In this document: positions 46,855-57,005 of the stretch, piece after piece
Position numbering within the stretch: the first letter of the stretch is position 1
Layout of the letters: each line of letters opens with the position of its first letter
DNA from: Alphaproteobacteria bacterium
Lineage (GTDB): Bacteria; Pseudomonadota; Alphaproteobacteria; SP197
Direction of reading: 5' to 3'
DNA length: 64,000 bases
Assembly: GCA_965228895.1 (NCBI GenBank)
Contig: OZ245842.1
Coordinates: 5,088,001-5,152,000 of the forward strand
Notes under the pieces: generated by a model
What the model was told of the DNA's origin: nothing
Seen by the model: the letters and a program-made list of their open reading frames with translations, nothing else
The model's database searches: none
Position numbers and translations under genes: made by a program

Positions 46855-47535
46855 ATGCAGGTCAACGCGAACTTTCGCGAACGGGTCGCCGTCCATGCCG
46901 CCGAATTGCCATGGACGGCCTCACCCATGCCCGGCGTCGAACGGCGCATGCTCGACCGGCTGGGCGGTGAGGTCGCCCGCGCCACGACAATCGTGCGCTA
47001 TGCGCCGCAAAGCGCGTTCTCGCGCCATGTGCACACGGGCGGCGAGGAGTTCCTGGTGCTGGACGGCGTCTTCCAGGACGAACACGGCGACTTCCGTGCG
47101 GGCAGTTATGTCCGCAATCCCCCACAATCCCGGCACACGCCGGGGTCGGCGCCCGGTTGCACGATCTTCGTCAAACTCTGGCAGTTCGATCCGGCCGACC
47201 GCCATCACGTCACCATCGACACCAATAGCGGGACCTACGCGCCCGCCGACGGGCGATCTGGGGTCGACGTGCTGCCGCTGTATCGCGACGATCGCGAAGT
47301 CGTGACGATGGAACGCTGGCAGGCTGGCGCCTTGATCGATCTCGACGCGCCGGAGGGTCTCGAAGTTCTCGTGCTCGACGGATCGTTCGCCGAAGACGGC
47401 GAGACGTTCCAACGGATGTCGTGGCTTCGCTTGCCGCGACAAGGCTCGGCAAGCGTGCTCGCAGGACCCGACGGCGCAAAGGTCTGGATCAAGCGGGATC
47501 ATCTCGCGGTGCCGCCTGAGGCCCCTGCCGTCTAG
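46855..47535 (+). CDS. ChrR-like cupin domain protein
   Basis: SPMPGVERRMLDR, EVARATTIVRY, HVHTGGEEFLVLDG, IFVKLWQF. Confidence 0.88.
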   Translation: MQVNANFRERVAVHAAELPWTASPMPGVERRMLDRLGGEVARATTIVRYAPQSAFSRHVHTGGEEFLVLDGVFQDEHGDFRAGSYVRNPPQSRHTPGSAPGCTIFVKLWQFDPADRHHVTIDTNSGTYAPADGRSGVDVLPLYRDDREVVTMERWQAGALIDLDAPEGLEVLVLDGSFAEDGETFQRMSWLRLPRQGSASVLAGPDGAKVWIKRDHLAVPPEAPAV

Positions 47536-47663
47536 CGCGGCGACGTCGGCGCCCGCGCTCGTCTCTGGACCAGCGCGCCCGATCCCAGTAACAGTCTGAC
47601 CGAAGCAGGGCTGCGCGGGACATTGTGCCGCGTGGCACAGGCGTCGATTGAAGGGGGTGCGCC

Positions 47664-48527
47664 ATGGAGATCGTACCGGTCAGCCATCACCGCTGTAAGC
47701 TGGGTGAAGGCCCGCTGTGGGATGCGGCCGATCAGGTCCTGTTCTGGGTCGACAGCCTGGCGCCCGCGCTGTTCCGCCATGATCCCGCCAGTGGCACGAC
47801 CGATCGCTGGGCATTGCCGGAACGAACTGTCGGCAGCCTTGCCGTGCGCGAAAGCGGCGGATTGATCCTGGCCATGGAACAGGGTTTTCACGGCTTTGAC
47901 CTGGAAACCTGGACGGCGACGCCACTGAGCGAGCCCATGGCCGGCCGTGACGACGTCAGGCTGAACGATGGCAAGGTCGACCGCGCCGGACGGTTCCTGG
48001 CCGGCGGCATGAACCGGGATTACATCAACGACACCGATCCCAAGGGTGTGCTTTACCGGCTGGATGGCGATCTCGGTGTCGCCGAGTTGCTCGATGGCTT
48101 CATCTGTTTCAACGGGCCCTGCTTCAGCCCCGACGGCGGAACGCTCTACGTCACCGGCCGGGATACGTCCGCCATCGAAGCGTTCAACTACGACCAAACG
48201 TCAGGCGCGCTGAGCAAGGGCCGGGTTCTTATCGCCGACATCAATCCCGACGGCGCAACGGTGGACACCGACGGCTGTTTGTGGAGCGCGCAATGGGACG
48301 ACGCGTGTCTGCTGCGCATCACGCCGGACGGCACGATCGATGCGCGGATCGACGTGCCCGGCCAGACCGTCACGTCGGTCATGTTCGGGGGGCCCGACCT
48401 CGACATCATCTTTGTGACGACAGCACTGGGCGACGATGCCGACACCGCGACGCCCGAAGCAGGGCGTACCCTGGCGATCCATGGGTCCGGTTACCGCGGT
48501 CTCGCCGAAGCCCGGTTCGATGGTTAG
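47664..48527 (+). CDS. SMP-30/gluconolactonase/LRE family protein
   Basis: LGEGPLWD, RLNDGKVD, NGPCFSPDG, PDGATVDTDG, FGGPDLD. Confidence 0.9.
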   Translation: MEIVPVSHHRCKLGEGPLWDAADQVLFWVDSLAPALFRHDPASGTTDRWALPERTVGSLAVRESGGLILAMEQGFHGFDLETWTATPLSEPMAGRDDVRLNDGKVDRAGRFLAGGMNRDYINDTDPKGVLYRLDGDLGVAELLDGFICFNGPCFSPDGGTLYVTGRDTSAIEAFNYDQTSGALSKGRVLIADINPDGATVDTDGCLWSAQWDDACLLRITPDGTIDARIDVPGQTVTSVMFGGPDLDIIFVTTALGDDADTATPEAGRTLAIHGSGYRGLAEARFDG

Positions 48528-48542
48528 GGACGGGATCGCGGT

Positions 48543-49724
48543 ATGAGCGAACGACATGACAAGTTCGACGTCGTTGTGGTCGGCGGCGGCATCGTCGGCT
48601 CAACGGCGGCGTTTTATCTGGCGCGCCGCGGCGCAACGGTTGCGCTCGTCGAGCGTGACGCGATCGGCGGCGGCACGACCAGCCGCTCCTTCACCTGGAT
48701 CAACGCGACATCGAAGGTCGCCGACGAAGCCTATCACCGGCTCAACGCCACGGGCTGCGTCCTCTACGAGACGCTCGCTGAGGAGTTTGGCGCGGCGACC
48801 ATAGGATGGCATCGCACCGGTATGCTGCAGGGTGTGCGTCGCAGTAACGACAGCGGTTATGCCGCTATGCGCGAGCAGGCCGCTTCTCTCGAGCAATACG
48901 GTTACCCGCATCGTCTTGTCGGCGCGGCGGAGTTGGCCACGCTCGAACCGGGTATCCGGTTCGACGACGACATCGAAGCGATCTACGCGACATCCGATGC
49001 TTGGCTCGACGCGCCGCTGTTCGCAGGTTTCCTGGTCAAGAGGTTGCGCGCCATGGGATCGGCGGTCGTCGAAGACTGTGCGGCGAAGACCCTGGTCGTG
49101 GACGACGACGGCACCATCACCGGCGTGACCACCGACGCCGGCCACTTTAACGCGCCCAACGTGTTGCTGGCCGCCGGTCCCGATACGCCGGAGGTCCTTG
49201 CGGGCCTGACCGGTTACGACGCCTTTGCCGCGCGCTTCCCGATGAAACAGGTGCCCGGTCTGCTGCTGACGACACCGGCCAATGCCGAATCGCGGTGCCT
49301 GCGCCACGTCATCTACGTCGACGATCCGGCCGATGCGATGCATCTGCGTCCCGATGCCACGGGCGGTCTGCGAATCGGCGCTGACGATGCCGACGGCATG
49401 GTGGCCGAGGACGCCTCGCCCGAACGGGTCCGCGCAGCCGCCGCCAAGATCCTGGCACGCGCCATGTCCCGGTTTCCGGGCGTCGTCGGTAAGGTCGCGT
49501 TAGACGATTGCCACGCCGCCATCGGCATTCGGCCTTATCCGCTGGACGGCAAGACCTTGGCCGGCCCGCTGCCGGGGTCCGAGGGGCTCTATGTGATCGC
49601 CACCCACAGCGGCATCACGCTCGCCCCGGCGCTCGGTCAGTTGATGGCCGACCTCATCATCGATGGTGACCTGCCCGACGCACTCAAGCCGTTTTCCCTG
49701 GAGCGCTTCCCGGGGTTTGCCTGA
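48543..49724 (+). CDS. FAD-dependent oxidoreductase (DAO/glycine oxidase family)
   Basis: VVGGGIVG, TTSRSFTWINA, GIRPYPLDG, HSGITLAP. Confidence 0.88.
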   Translation: MSERHDKFDVVVVGGGIVGSTAAFYLARRGATVALVERDAIGGGTTSRSFTWINATSKVADEAYHRLNATGCVLYETLAEEFGAATIGWHRTGMLQGVRRSNDSGYAAMREQAASLEQYGYPHRLVGAAELATLEPGIRFDDDIEAIYATSDAWLDAPLFAGFLVKRLRAMGSAVVEDCAAKTLVVDDDGTITGVTTDAGHFNAPNVLLAAGPDTPEVLAGLTGYDAFAARFPMKQVPGLLLTTPANAESRCLRHVIYVDDPADAMHLRPDATGGLRIGADDADGMVAEDASPERVRAAAAKILARAMSRFPGVVGKVALDDCHAAIGIRPYPLDGKTLAGPLPGSEGLYVIATHSGITLAPALGQLMADLIIDGDLPDALKPFSLERFPGFA

Positions 49725-49727
49725 GCC

Positions 49728-50984
49728 TCAGTGGCTGGCGGCGGTCGCCGCCTTGTCGTCGAGCAAGCCGAAGGTGGAGAACCGTTCCAGCGAAAACGCG
49801 GTGATCAGGTCCGGCGTCTTGTCGCGGGCGATCAGTTCCGCGTTGGTCTTGCCGCACACCGGCGTTGCCTTGAACCCCCACGTGCCCCAGCCGGCGTCAA
49901 TGTAGTAGTTGTCGATGACGGTCTTGCCCATGATCGGTGAATAGTCCGGGGTCATGTCGGTCATGCCGGCCCATTGGCGCAGGATCTTTGTCTCGGCCAG
50001 GAACGGAAAGAGTTCGAGCGTCGCCGACATCCAGGCTTCCTTCATCTCGAGCGTCGAACGCGTGCTGTAGAGCGTATAGGGATCGGAGCCGCCGCCGATG
50101 ACCACCTCGCCGCGCGCGGTCTGCGACAGATAGACGTGCAATTGCGCCGAACTGATCAGGGGATCCAGGAACGGCTTCAAGGGCTGTGTGACGCCGGCCT
50201 GCAGGGGAAAGGTTTTGATCGGCAGCTTGATGCCGACCATGGCGGCAATCACGCTCGACATGCCGGCGACACATTGGATGACCTGACCGGCCTTGATCGT
50301 GCCGCGGTTCGTGTGCACCTCGCTGACCCGCCCGCCGCCGCCATTGGGTTTGTCGACCGAGATGCCGGTGACTTCGGTCTTCTGGTGCAGCTCGACGCCA
50401 CGCTGCCAGGCGCCGCCGCCATAACCCCAGGCGACCGCATCGTGACGCGCGATGGAGCCGGGATGGTGATGCAGTGCGCCCTGGATCGGGTGGCGCGTCT
50501 CCGCCGATACGTCCAGGAACGGCACCAGGCGGGCCAGCTCGTCGCGGTCGACGAGGTCGCTGGCGATGTTGAAGTGACGGCTGACCTCGTCACGCCAACG
50601 CATGGTGCGCATTTGGGCGTCGGTGTGGGCGATGGTGATCTGGCTGCGCTCCGACATCATGAGGTTGAGGTCGAAGTCGTGGGCCAGATCCCGGTAGAGC
50701 CTGACCGAGGTGTCGTAGAATTTGACGCCCTCCGGCGTCAGGTAGTTCGACCGGATGACCATGGTGTTGCGACCGGTGTTGCCGCTGCCCAGGTAATTTT
50801 TCTCCAGCACCGCGACATTGGTGATGCCGTGGTCGCGGGCTAGGTAGTACGCGGTCGCCAGGCCATGGCCGCCACCGCCGATGATGACGACATCGTAGGC
50901 CGGCTTCAGATCCGACGGCGTCGGCAAGACGCGGGGCGGCTGGCCGTCACGCTTCAGAGCGTGTCGAAGAAGCGAGAAGGGCAT
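49728..50984 (-). CDS. soxB: Second MgdA / sarcosine oxidase beta subunit paralog (stand-alone)
   Basis: Colinear with 44180-45436 (GGGGHGLATAYYLARDHGITNVAV, ARHDAVAWGY, GWGTWGFKATPVCG); 418 aa from MPFSLL. Confidence 0.85.
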   Translation of the reverse strand: MPFSLLRHALKRDGQPPRVLPTPSDLKPAYDVVIIGGGGHGLATAYYLARDHGITNVAVLEKNYLGSGNTGRNTMVIRSNYLTPEGVKFYDTSVRLYRDLAHDFDLNLMMSERSQITIAHTDAQMRTMRWRDEVSRHFNIASDLVDRDELARLVPFLDVSAETRHPIQGALHHHPGSIARHDAVAWGYGGGAWQRGVELHQKTEVTGISVDKPNGGGGRVSEVHTNRGTIKAGQVIQCVAGMSSVIAAMVGIKLPIKTFPLQAGVTQPLKPFLDPLISSAQLHVYLSQTARGEVVIGGGSDPYTLYSTRSTLEMKEAWMSATLELFPFLAETKILRQWAGMTDMTPDYSPIMGKTVIDNYYIDAGWGTWGFKATPVCGKTNAELIARDKTPDLITAFSLERFSTFGLLDDKAATAASH

Positions 50985-51186
50985 CGGCAGGAAATCCGTT
51001 AGTCGCACACAAGCAGGTGTCGCGGCGCACGGGCATGATGACGTGACGCCGTCCCGCGATCCTAGATCGGCGCACGCCCGGCGCCGACCAGAATCTTGAT
51101 ACCGCGGTGAGATCGCGCTGGATCAACAACATCGCGCAGCCATAATATCAAAAGAGAAATCTTTCTAATTTGGGGATGTCAGACCC

Positions 51187-51891
51187 ATGACCAAGATCTG
51201 TCACGGCACGATTGTGATCGCCGGCGCCAGCAGCGGCATCGGCGGCGAGGTCGCCAAGGCGCTGGCGCCGCGAACTAGGCGTTTGATCGGCGTTGCGCGT
51301 CGCCCGGCTCTGGCAGGTGAGGCGATCGAAGCGGACCTGACCAGCGCACAAGGCATTGCGCATGTCACCGAGGCGGTGGGCGAAAGCGCCCTCGATGCCT
51401 TGCTCTATCTGGGCGGCACCTGGGAACAGGATGCCTTCACCGATGCTTACGATTTTGCCACCTGCGCGGACGAAGAGATGACGCGTGTTCTCAACGTCAA
51501 CCTGCTGGCGCCGATCCGGCTGACCCAGGCGTTGCTGCCGGCCTTGCGCCGGTCCGACAACCCCAAGATCGTCTTCATGGGCGCGCTGTCGGGCCTCGAC
51601 AACTTCCCGGGCCGGGAAGTGGCAAATTCAGCCTCCAAATTCGGCCTGCGCGGCGCCGTCCACGCCTTGCGCGAAAGCCTGCGCACCGAGCGCATCGGCG
51701 TCACCGTTATCAATCCCGGCTATGTCGGCACGCCCCATGTGCTGGCGGAACTGGAACGCGACGGCACGTCGCCGGGCGAAGCGATACCGATGACCGACAT
51801 GATGGCGATCATCGAATGTGTCCTCAGTGTCTCGCGCTCCACCTGTATCAAGGAGATCCAGGTTCCGGCCATGGCCGATCACGGGGCGTGA
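51187..51891 (+). CDS. SDR family oxidoreductase with atypical catalytic motif
   Basis: AGASSGIG, NVNL, ANSASKFGLRG (N in place of the Y of YxxxK), INPG. Confidence 0.85.
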   Translation: MTKICHGTIVIAGASSGIGGEVAKALAPRTRRLIGVARRPALAGEAIEADLTSAQGIAHVTEAVGESALDALLYLGGTWEQDAFTDAYDFATCADEEMTRVLNVNLLAPIRLTQALLPALRRSDNPKIVFMGALSGLDNFPGREVANSASKFGLRGAVHALRESLRTERIGVTVINPGYVGTPHVLAELERDGTSPGEAIPMTDMMAIIECVLSVSRSTCIKEIQVPAMADHGA

Positions 51892-51964
51892 AGACGTCGG
51901 TTCCGGTAAAGACTTGTCACAGGCGCGTGGTTACTGCTGCATGGAAGTAGGACCGTCACCATCC

Positions 51965-52103
51965 TAGAGCAGATCCCACTTGGGTTGAATCGCTAGGCGA
52001 TCCAAACCAAGTGGGTGAATCTGCTCTAACTATTTGATGTAGAGCGGATTCACGCGCCCAGATAGAACCGCTTGGCGTTTTTATCTGGGCGCGATCCGCT
52101 CTA
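51965..52103. repeat. 139-bp bipartite hairpin element, family A, copy 2
   Basis: tagagcagat-[41]-tgaatctgctcta-actatttgatg-tagagcggattca-[41]-atccgctcta; cores differ in sequence from the other copies but are still palindromic. Confidence 0.88.
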
Positions 52104-52178
52104 AGATGAAGGCGGGAGGCAGCCGACAGCACAAGTTGGCCCTGCCGCAGGATAAGGGCGCACAGGAAGGGGCACACC

Positions 52179-55100
52179 ATGCGCAGACCTGGACAGCAAT
52201 TTGTCGATGAGGCCGTCGACGCGATCATCGCGTTGATCAAGGAACGGTTTCCCGAGGGCGATGCGGCGCAACTGATCAGCCTGGCGCGCGGCTACTTCAA
52301 GGACGCGGTCCTGGAGGATATCGAGGGGCAGTCGGTCGAGAACCTGTTCGGCGCCGTCGCGTCGCTGTGGCAGTTCAGCCGCTCGCGCAAGCCCAGCGAG
52401 CCGAAGATCCGGGCCTACAACCCCAGACTTGAGGAACACGGCTGGCAGACAACCCACACGGCGATCGAAATCGTCAACGACGATATGCCGTTCCTGGTCG
52501 ATTCGGTGGTCTCGGCGCTCAACGTGATGGAACTGACCGTCCACATGATGATTCATCCGATCATCCGGGTCAGTCGCGACGCCAAGGGCATGAGCCAGGC
52601 GATGTGCCCCATCTATGAAGTGCTTGATGATTCGTCGCCGGAGTCGTTCCTGCATGTCGAGGTGACGCAGCAGCCGACCCAGGAAGCACTCGACGCCATC
52701 GAACGACGCATCGCCGAGGTGTTGGCAAGTGTCCGTGCGGCGGTCGAGGACTGGCGCCCCATGATTGCCCGGCTGGACGATGCGCTGGCAGAACTGTCGT
52801 CGTCACCGCCGCCGATTCCCGCCGATCAGTTGGAGGAAGGCAAGGCGTTTCTGGAGTGGCTGCGCGACAACCAATTCACGTTCCTGGGCTATCGCGAATA
52901 CACCTATGAACATCGCGGCGGCAAGACCTATGCCCGCGCCGGCGAGGATGCGGGACTCGGCATTCTGCGCGAGATCTCAGCGGAGAGCCGTGCGCGCTAC
53001 GAAGAGTCATTGCCGGAGAACTATGCCGCCTACCTCGAGCGCAAGGAGCTCTTTATCATCTCCAAAGCGTGGACCCGTTCCGACGTGCATCGGCCGGTCT
53101 ACATGGATTACATCGGCGTGCGCCGGTTCGACGATAAGGGTGAGGTCGTTGGCGAGCGGCGTTATCTCGGTCTCCTGACCTCAGCCGCCTACAACACCAG
53201 CCCGCGCGACATTCCGCTCCTGCGCCGCAAGGTCAACGCGGTCATCGAACGTTCGGGCTATGGCAGCAACAGCCATAACGGCAAGGCGCTGTTGAACATC
53301 CTGGAGACGTTTCCGCGCGACGAGCTGTTCCAGATCGATGACGAGACGCTGGAGGTGTTCGCCCACAGCATTCTGCAGTTGGAACACCGCCAGCGCATCC
53401 GTCTGTTCATGCGCCAGGACAGCTACGCCGAGTTCTATTCGTGCCTGATCTATATCCCGCGCGACCGTTATGACACCGATCTGCGTCATCGCATGGAGGC
53501 GATCCTGCTGGAGACGCTGGGCGGCACGTCGGTCGAGGTCAGCACCCAGTTTTCCGAAGCGCCGATGGCGCGCGCGCATCTGATTGTGCACACGCCCGGC
53601 GGTGGCGAACCAACGGAAACGGTCGAGGAAATCGAGCGCCGGTTGGTTCTGGCGTCACGCAGCTGGGATGACGATCTTCACGACGCGCTGATCGAAGTGT
53701 TCGGCGAGGCCAAAGGCGCGGTCCTGTTCCACCAGTACGCCGCTGGTATTCCGTCGGGTTACAAGAGCGCGTTCAGCGCCCGTCTGGCGGTCGCCGATAT
53801 CGAGCGCATGGAAGGCATGGGCGATGCCGGCATTGCCATGAACCTCTATCGCCGCGTCGATGCGCCCGACGGCATGTTGAACTTCAAGGTCTATCGCCAC
53901 GGCGATCCGGTGCCGCTCTCCGACATCCTGCCGATGCTCGAACACATGGGACTGATCGTGAACGAGGAATCGCCGTTCGAGATCCATCCCAAGAACACCG
54001 ACGACTCAATCTGGATCCACGACTTCCACGTCCGGCCCGAATACGACTGGGACATCGATGTCTCGGAAGTGCGCAGCCGGTTTCACGAGACGTTCGCGCG
54101 GGTTTGGTCGGGCGAGGTGGAGAACGACAACTTCAACGACCTCGTTCTGGCCGGTTTCTCATGGCGCGAGGTCGTCGTGCTGCGCGCCTATGCCAAGTAC
54201 ATGAACCAGGCCAACGTGCCGTTCAGCCAGTCCTATATCGAACAAACGCTGTCGGCCAACCCTGAGCTGGCGCGCAAGCTGGTCAGCCTGTTCCTGCTGA
54301 AGTTCGATCCGGACGACCGAGCGGACGTCGAGGCACGCATGGCGGACCTGATCGCCGAGATCGAGCACGGCCTTGAAGCCGTCGCGGTACTCGATCAGGA
54401 CCGCATTATCCGCAAGTTCCTGAACCTTATTCAGGCGAGCTTGCGGACAAACTATTTCCAGGTCACCGAAACGGGCAATCCGAAGGCCTACGTCTCGTTC
54501 AAGCTTGATTCCGGCATGATCGAAGACCTGCCCGAGCCCAGACCGTGGCGCGAGATCTTCGTCTATTCGTCGCGTGTCGAGGCCGTCCACTTGCGTGGCG
54601 GACCGGTTGCGCGCGGCGGTATACGCTGGTCGGACCGGCGCGAAGATTTCCGCACCGAGATCCTGGGATTGGTCAAAGCCCAGCAGGTCAAGAACGCGGT
54701 GATCGTGCCGGTCGGCGCCAAGGGCGGCTTTGTCGTCAAGAAACCGCCGACCGAGGGTGGCCGCGACGCCCAGCTTGCCGAGGGTATCGCCTGCTACAAG
54801 ACGTTGATGACGGGCATGCTGGACATCACCGACAACTATGCTGGCGGTGACGTCGTGCAACGTGATCGTGTCGTCCGCTACGATGGCGACGATCCCTATC
54901 TTGTCGTCGCCGCCGACAAGGGCACGGCAACCTTCTCCGACATCGCCAACGAAATCGCCGTCGACTATGGCCACTGGCTGGGCGACGCGTTTGCCAGTGG
55001 CGGCTCCGCCGGCTACGACCACAAGGGTATGGGCATCACCGCGCGCGGCGCCTGGGTCGCCGTACAGCGCCATTTCCGCGAGCTCGGCAAGGACATCCAG

Positions 55101-57005
55101 AACGAGGACTTCACGGTGGTCGGTGTCGGCGACATGGGCGGCGACGTGTTCGGCAACGGCATGCTGCTGTCCAAACACATCAAACTGGTCGGCGCCTTCA
55201 ACCATCTGCACATCTTCGTCGATCCCGACCCCGACCCGGCCAAGAGTTTCAAGGAGCGCGAACGCATGTTCGCCCTGCCGCGGTCGTCGTGGACCGACTA
55301 TGACAGCAAGGTGTTGTCAAAGGGCGCGGGCATCTTCGAGCGCAGTGCGAAGTCGATCGAGCTGACACCGGAGATTCAAGAACGGTTTGCCATCAAGGAA
55401 AAGAAAGTCACGCCGAACGCGTTAATCCGCGCCATGTTGGGCGCCGGTATCGACCTGTTCTATCACGGCGGTATCGGCACTTACGTCAAATCGTCCGATG
55501 AGACCAACGCCGAAGTAGGTGACCGGGCCAACGACGCTCTCAGGCTCGATGGCCGCGATCTCAAGTGCAAGGTGATCGGTGAAGGCGGCAATCTCGGTGT
55601 CACTCAGCTTGGCCGTATCGAGTACGCCTTGGCCGGCGGTAAGATCAACACAGACGCGATCGATAACTCGGCCGGCGTCGACTGTTCCGACCACGAGGTC
55701 AACATCAAGATCCTGCTGGGTGACGTCGTCAGCTCCGGCGACATGACCGTCAAGCAGCGCGATTCCCTGTTGGCCGACATGACAGACGAAGTCGCGGATC
55801 TGGTGCTGCGCGACAATTACCTTCAGACACAGGCCTTAACGGTGATTGAGCATGTGTCGCAGTCATTCATGGACGAACAGGTGCGCTTCATGCAGGTCTT
55901 GAGCAACAAAGGTCTGCTTGATCGGCATATCGAGTTCCTGCCCGATGACGAAGAGCTTGCAGACTGGAAGACCCAGCGACGCCAGTTCACGCGGCCCGAA
56001 CTTTCGGTGCTGTTTGCGTACGCCAAGATGGATCTCTACGACTCATTGCTTGAGTCCGATCTGCCGGACGACGATTACCTGATCGACGATCTCGTCCGCT
56101 ATTTCCCCAGTCCGCTTCAGAAACAATTCCGTGAGCGTATCCTGGCGCACAGGTTGCGGCGTGAGATCATCGCCACATCGGTCACCAACAGCATTGTCAA
56201 TCGTGTCGGGATGAGTTTCGTCGACCGTCTTGCCGACGAGACCGGCCTCACGCCGACCGACGTGGCGCGTGCTTATGCGGTGGTGCGCGAGGCGTTCAGT
56301 CTGCGTGATATCTGGACCGCCATCGAAGCGCTTGACAACAAGGTGCCGACGGCAACCCAAACCGACATGCTGATGGAAACCGGTCTTCTAATCGACCGCG
56401 TGACCTCGTGGTTCCTGCGCAACACCAAATCACCCTTGGCTATCGAGGATACGATCCGCGCTTTCAAACCGGCGATCGCGGCGCTGAGCGACAAGCTCAT
56501 GGTGCTGGTCGGTAAGGCGCGAAAGGGTTCGATCGATCGCGCCGCACAGCGGTTTGTCAAACAAGGCGTACCGAAGAACCTCGCCCTCACGGTCGCCCGG
56601 CTCAGAACGTTGGGCGCCGGGTGCGACATCGTTGAAACAGCGCGCGTTTTGAATCTGGATGTGATCGATGTCGGCACGGTCTTCTTCGATGTCGGCGAAC
56701 AGTTCGGCACGCACTGGCTGCGCGACAACGTGACGCGCTTGACCATTGAAGACCGGTGGGACCGGCTGGCATCACAAGCCCTGGTCGAAGACAGCTTCTT
56801 GCAGCAGCGCGCCTTGACCGCGCGGATCCTGCAGTCGGCGAACGGTGTTAAGGCAAACAAGGCTGTCGATGCCTGGATCGCTGACAACCAGCCGTTGGTG
56901 ACACGGTCGAGTTCGGTGATCAACGATCTCAAGATGGCCGGAACGATCGACCTCGCCATGCTGACGGTAGCAAGCCGTTCGCTGAAGGTGCTGACCGGCG
57001 GGTGA
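52179..57005 (+). CDS. gdhB: Large NAD-specific glutamate dehydrogenase (GdhB/GdhZ type)
   Basis: 1608 aa; DMPFLVDS, ARGGIRWSDRREDFRTE, KNAVIVPVGAKGGF, DPYLVVAADKGTATFSD, GYDHKGMGITARGAW, NSAGVDCSDHEVNIKI. Confidence 0.96.
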   Translation: MRRPGQQFVDEAVDAIIALIKERFPEGDAAQLISLARGYFKDAVLEDIEGQSVENLFGAVASLWQFSRSRKPSEPKIRAYNPRLEEHGWQTTHTAIEIVNDDMPFLVDSVVSALNVMELTVHMMIHPIIRVSRDAKGMSQAMCPIYEVLDDSSPESFLHVEVTQQPTQEALDAIERRIAEVLASVRAAVEDWRPMIARLDDALAELSSSPPPIPADQLEEGKAFLEWLRDNQFTFLGYREYTYEHRGGKTYARAGEDAGLGILREISAESRARYEESLPENYAAYLERKELFIISKAWTRSDVHRPVYMDYIGVRRFDDKGEVVGERRYLGLLTSAAYNTSPRDIPLLRRKVNAVIERSGYGSNSHNGKALLNILETFPRDELFQIDDETLEVFAHSILQLEHRQRIRLFMRQDSYAEFYSCLIYIPRDRYDTDLRHRMEAILLETLGGTSVEVSTQFSEAPMARAHLIVHTPGGGEPTETVEEIERRLVLASRSWDDDLHDALIEVFGEAKGAVLFHQYAAGIPSGYKSAFSARLAVADIERMEGMGDAGIAMNLYRRVDAPDGMLNFKVYRHGDPVPLSDILPMLEHMGLIVNEESPFEIHPKNTDDSIWIHDFHVRPEYDWDIDVSEVRSRFHETFARVWSGEVENDNFNDLVLAGFSWREVVVLRAYAKYMNQANVPFSQSYIEQTLSANPELARKLVSLFLLKFDPDDRADVEARMADLIAEIEHGLEAVAVLDQDRIIRKFLNLIQASLRTNYFQVTETGNPKAYVSFKLDSGMIEDLPEPRPWREIFVYSSRVEAVHLRGGPVARGGIRWSDRREDFRTEILGLVKAQQVKNAVIVPVGAKGGFVVKKPPTEGGRDAQLAEGIACYKTLMTGMLDITDNYAGGDVVQRDRVVRYDGDDPYLVVAADKGTATFSDIANEIAVDYGHWLGDAFASGGSAGYDHKGMGITARGAWVAVQRHFRELGKDIQNEDFTVVGVGDMGGDVFGNGMLLSKHIKLVGAFNHLHIFVDPDPDPAKSFKERERMFALPRSSWTDYDSKVLSKGAGIFERSAKSIELTPEIQERFAIKEKKVTPNALIRAMLGAGIDLFYHGGIGTYVKSSDETNAEVGDRANDALRLDGRDLKCKVIGEGGNLGVTQLGRIEYALAGGKINTDAIDNSAGVDCSDHEVNIKILLGDVVSSGDMTVKQRDSLLADMTDEVADLVLRDNYLQTQALTVIEHVSQSFMDEQVRFMQVLSNKGLLDRHIEFLPDDEELADWKTQRRQFTRPELSVLFAYAKMDLYDSLLESDLPDDDYLIDDLVRYFPSPLQKQFRERILAHRLRREIIATSVTNSIVNRVGMSFVDRLADETGLTPTDVARAYAVVREAFSLRDIWTAIEALDNKVPTATQTDMLMETGLLIDRVTSWFLRNTKSPLAIEDTIRAFKPAIAALSDKLMVLVGKARKGSIDRAAQRFVKQGVPKNLALTVARLRTLGAGCDIVETARVLNLDVIDVGTVFFDVGEQFGTHWLRDNVTRLTIEDRWDRLASQALVEDSFLQQRALTARILQSANGVKANKAVDAWIADNQPLVTRSSSVINDLKMAGTIDLAMLTVASRSLKVLTGG

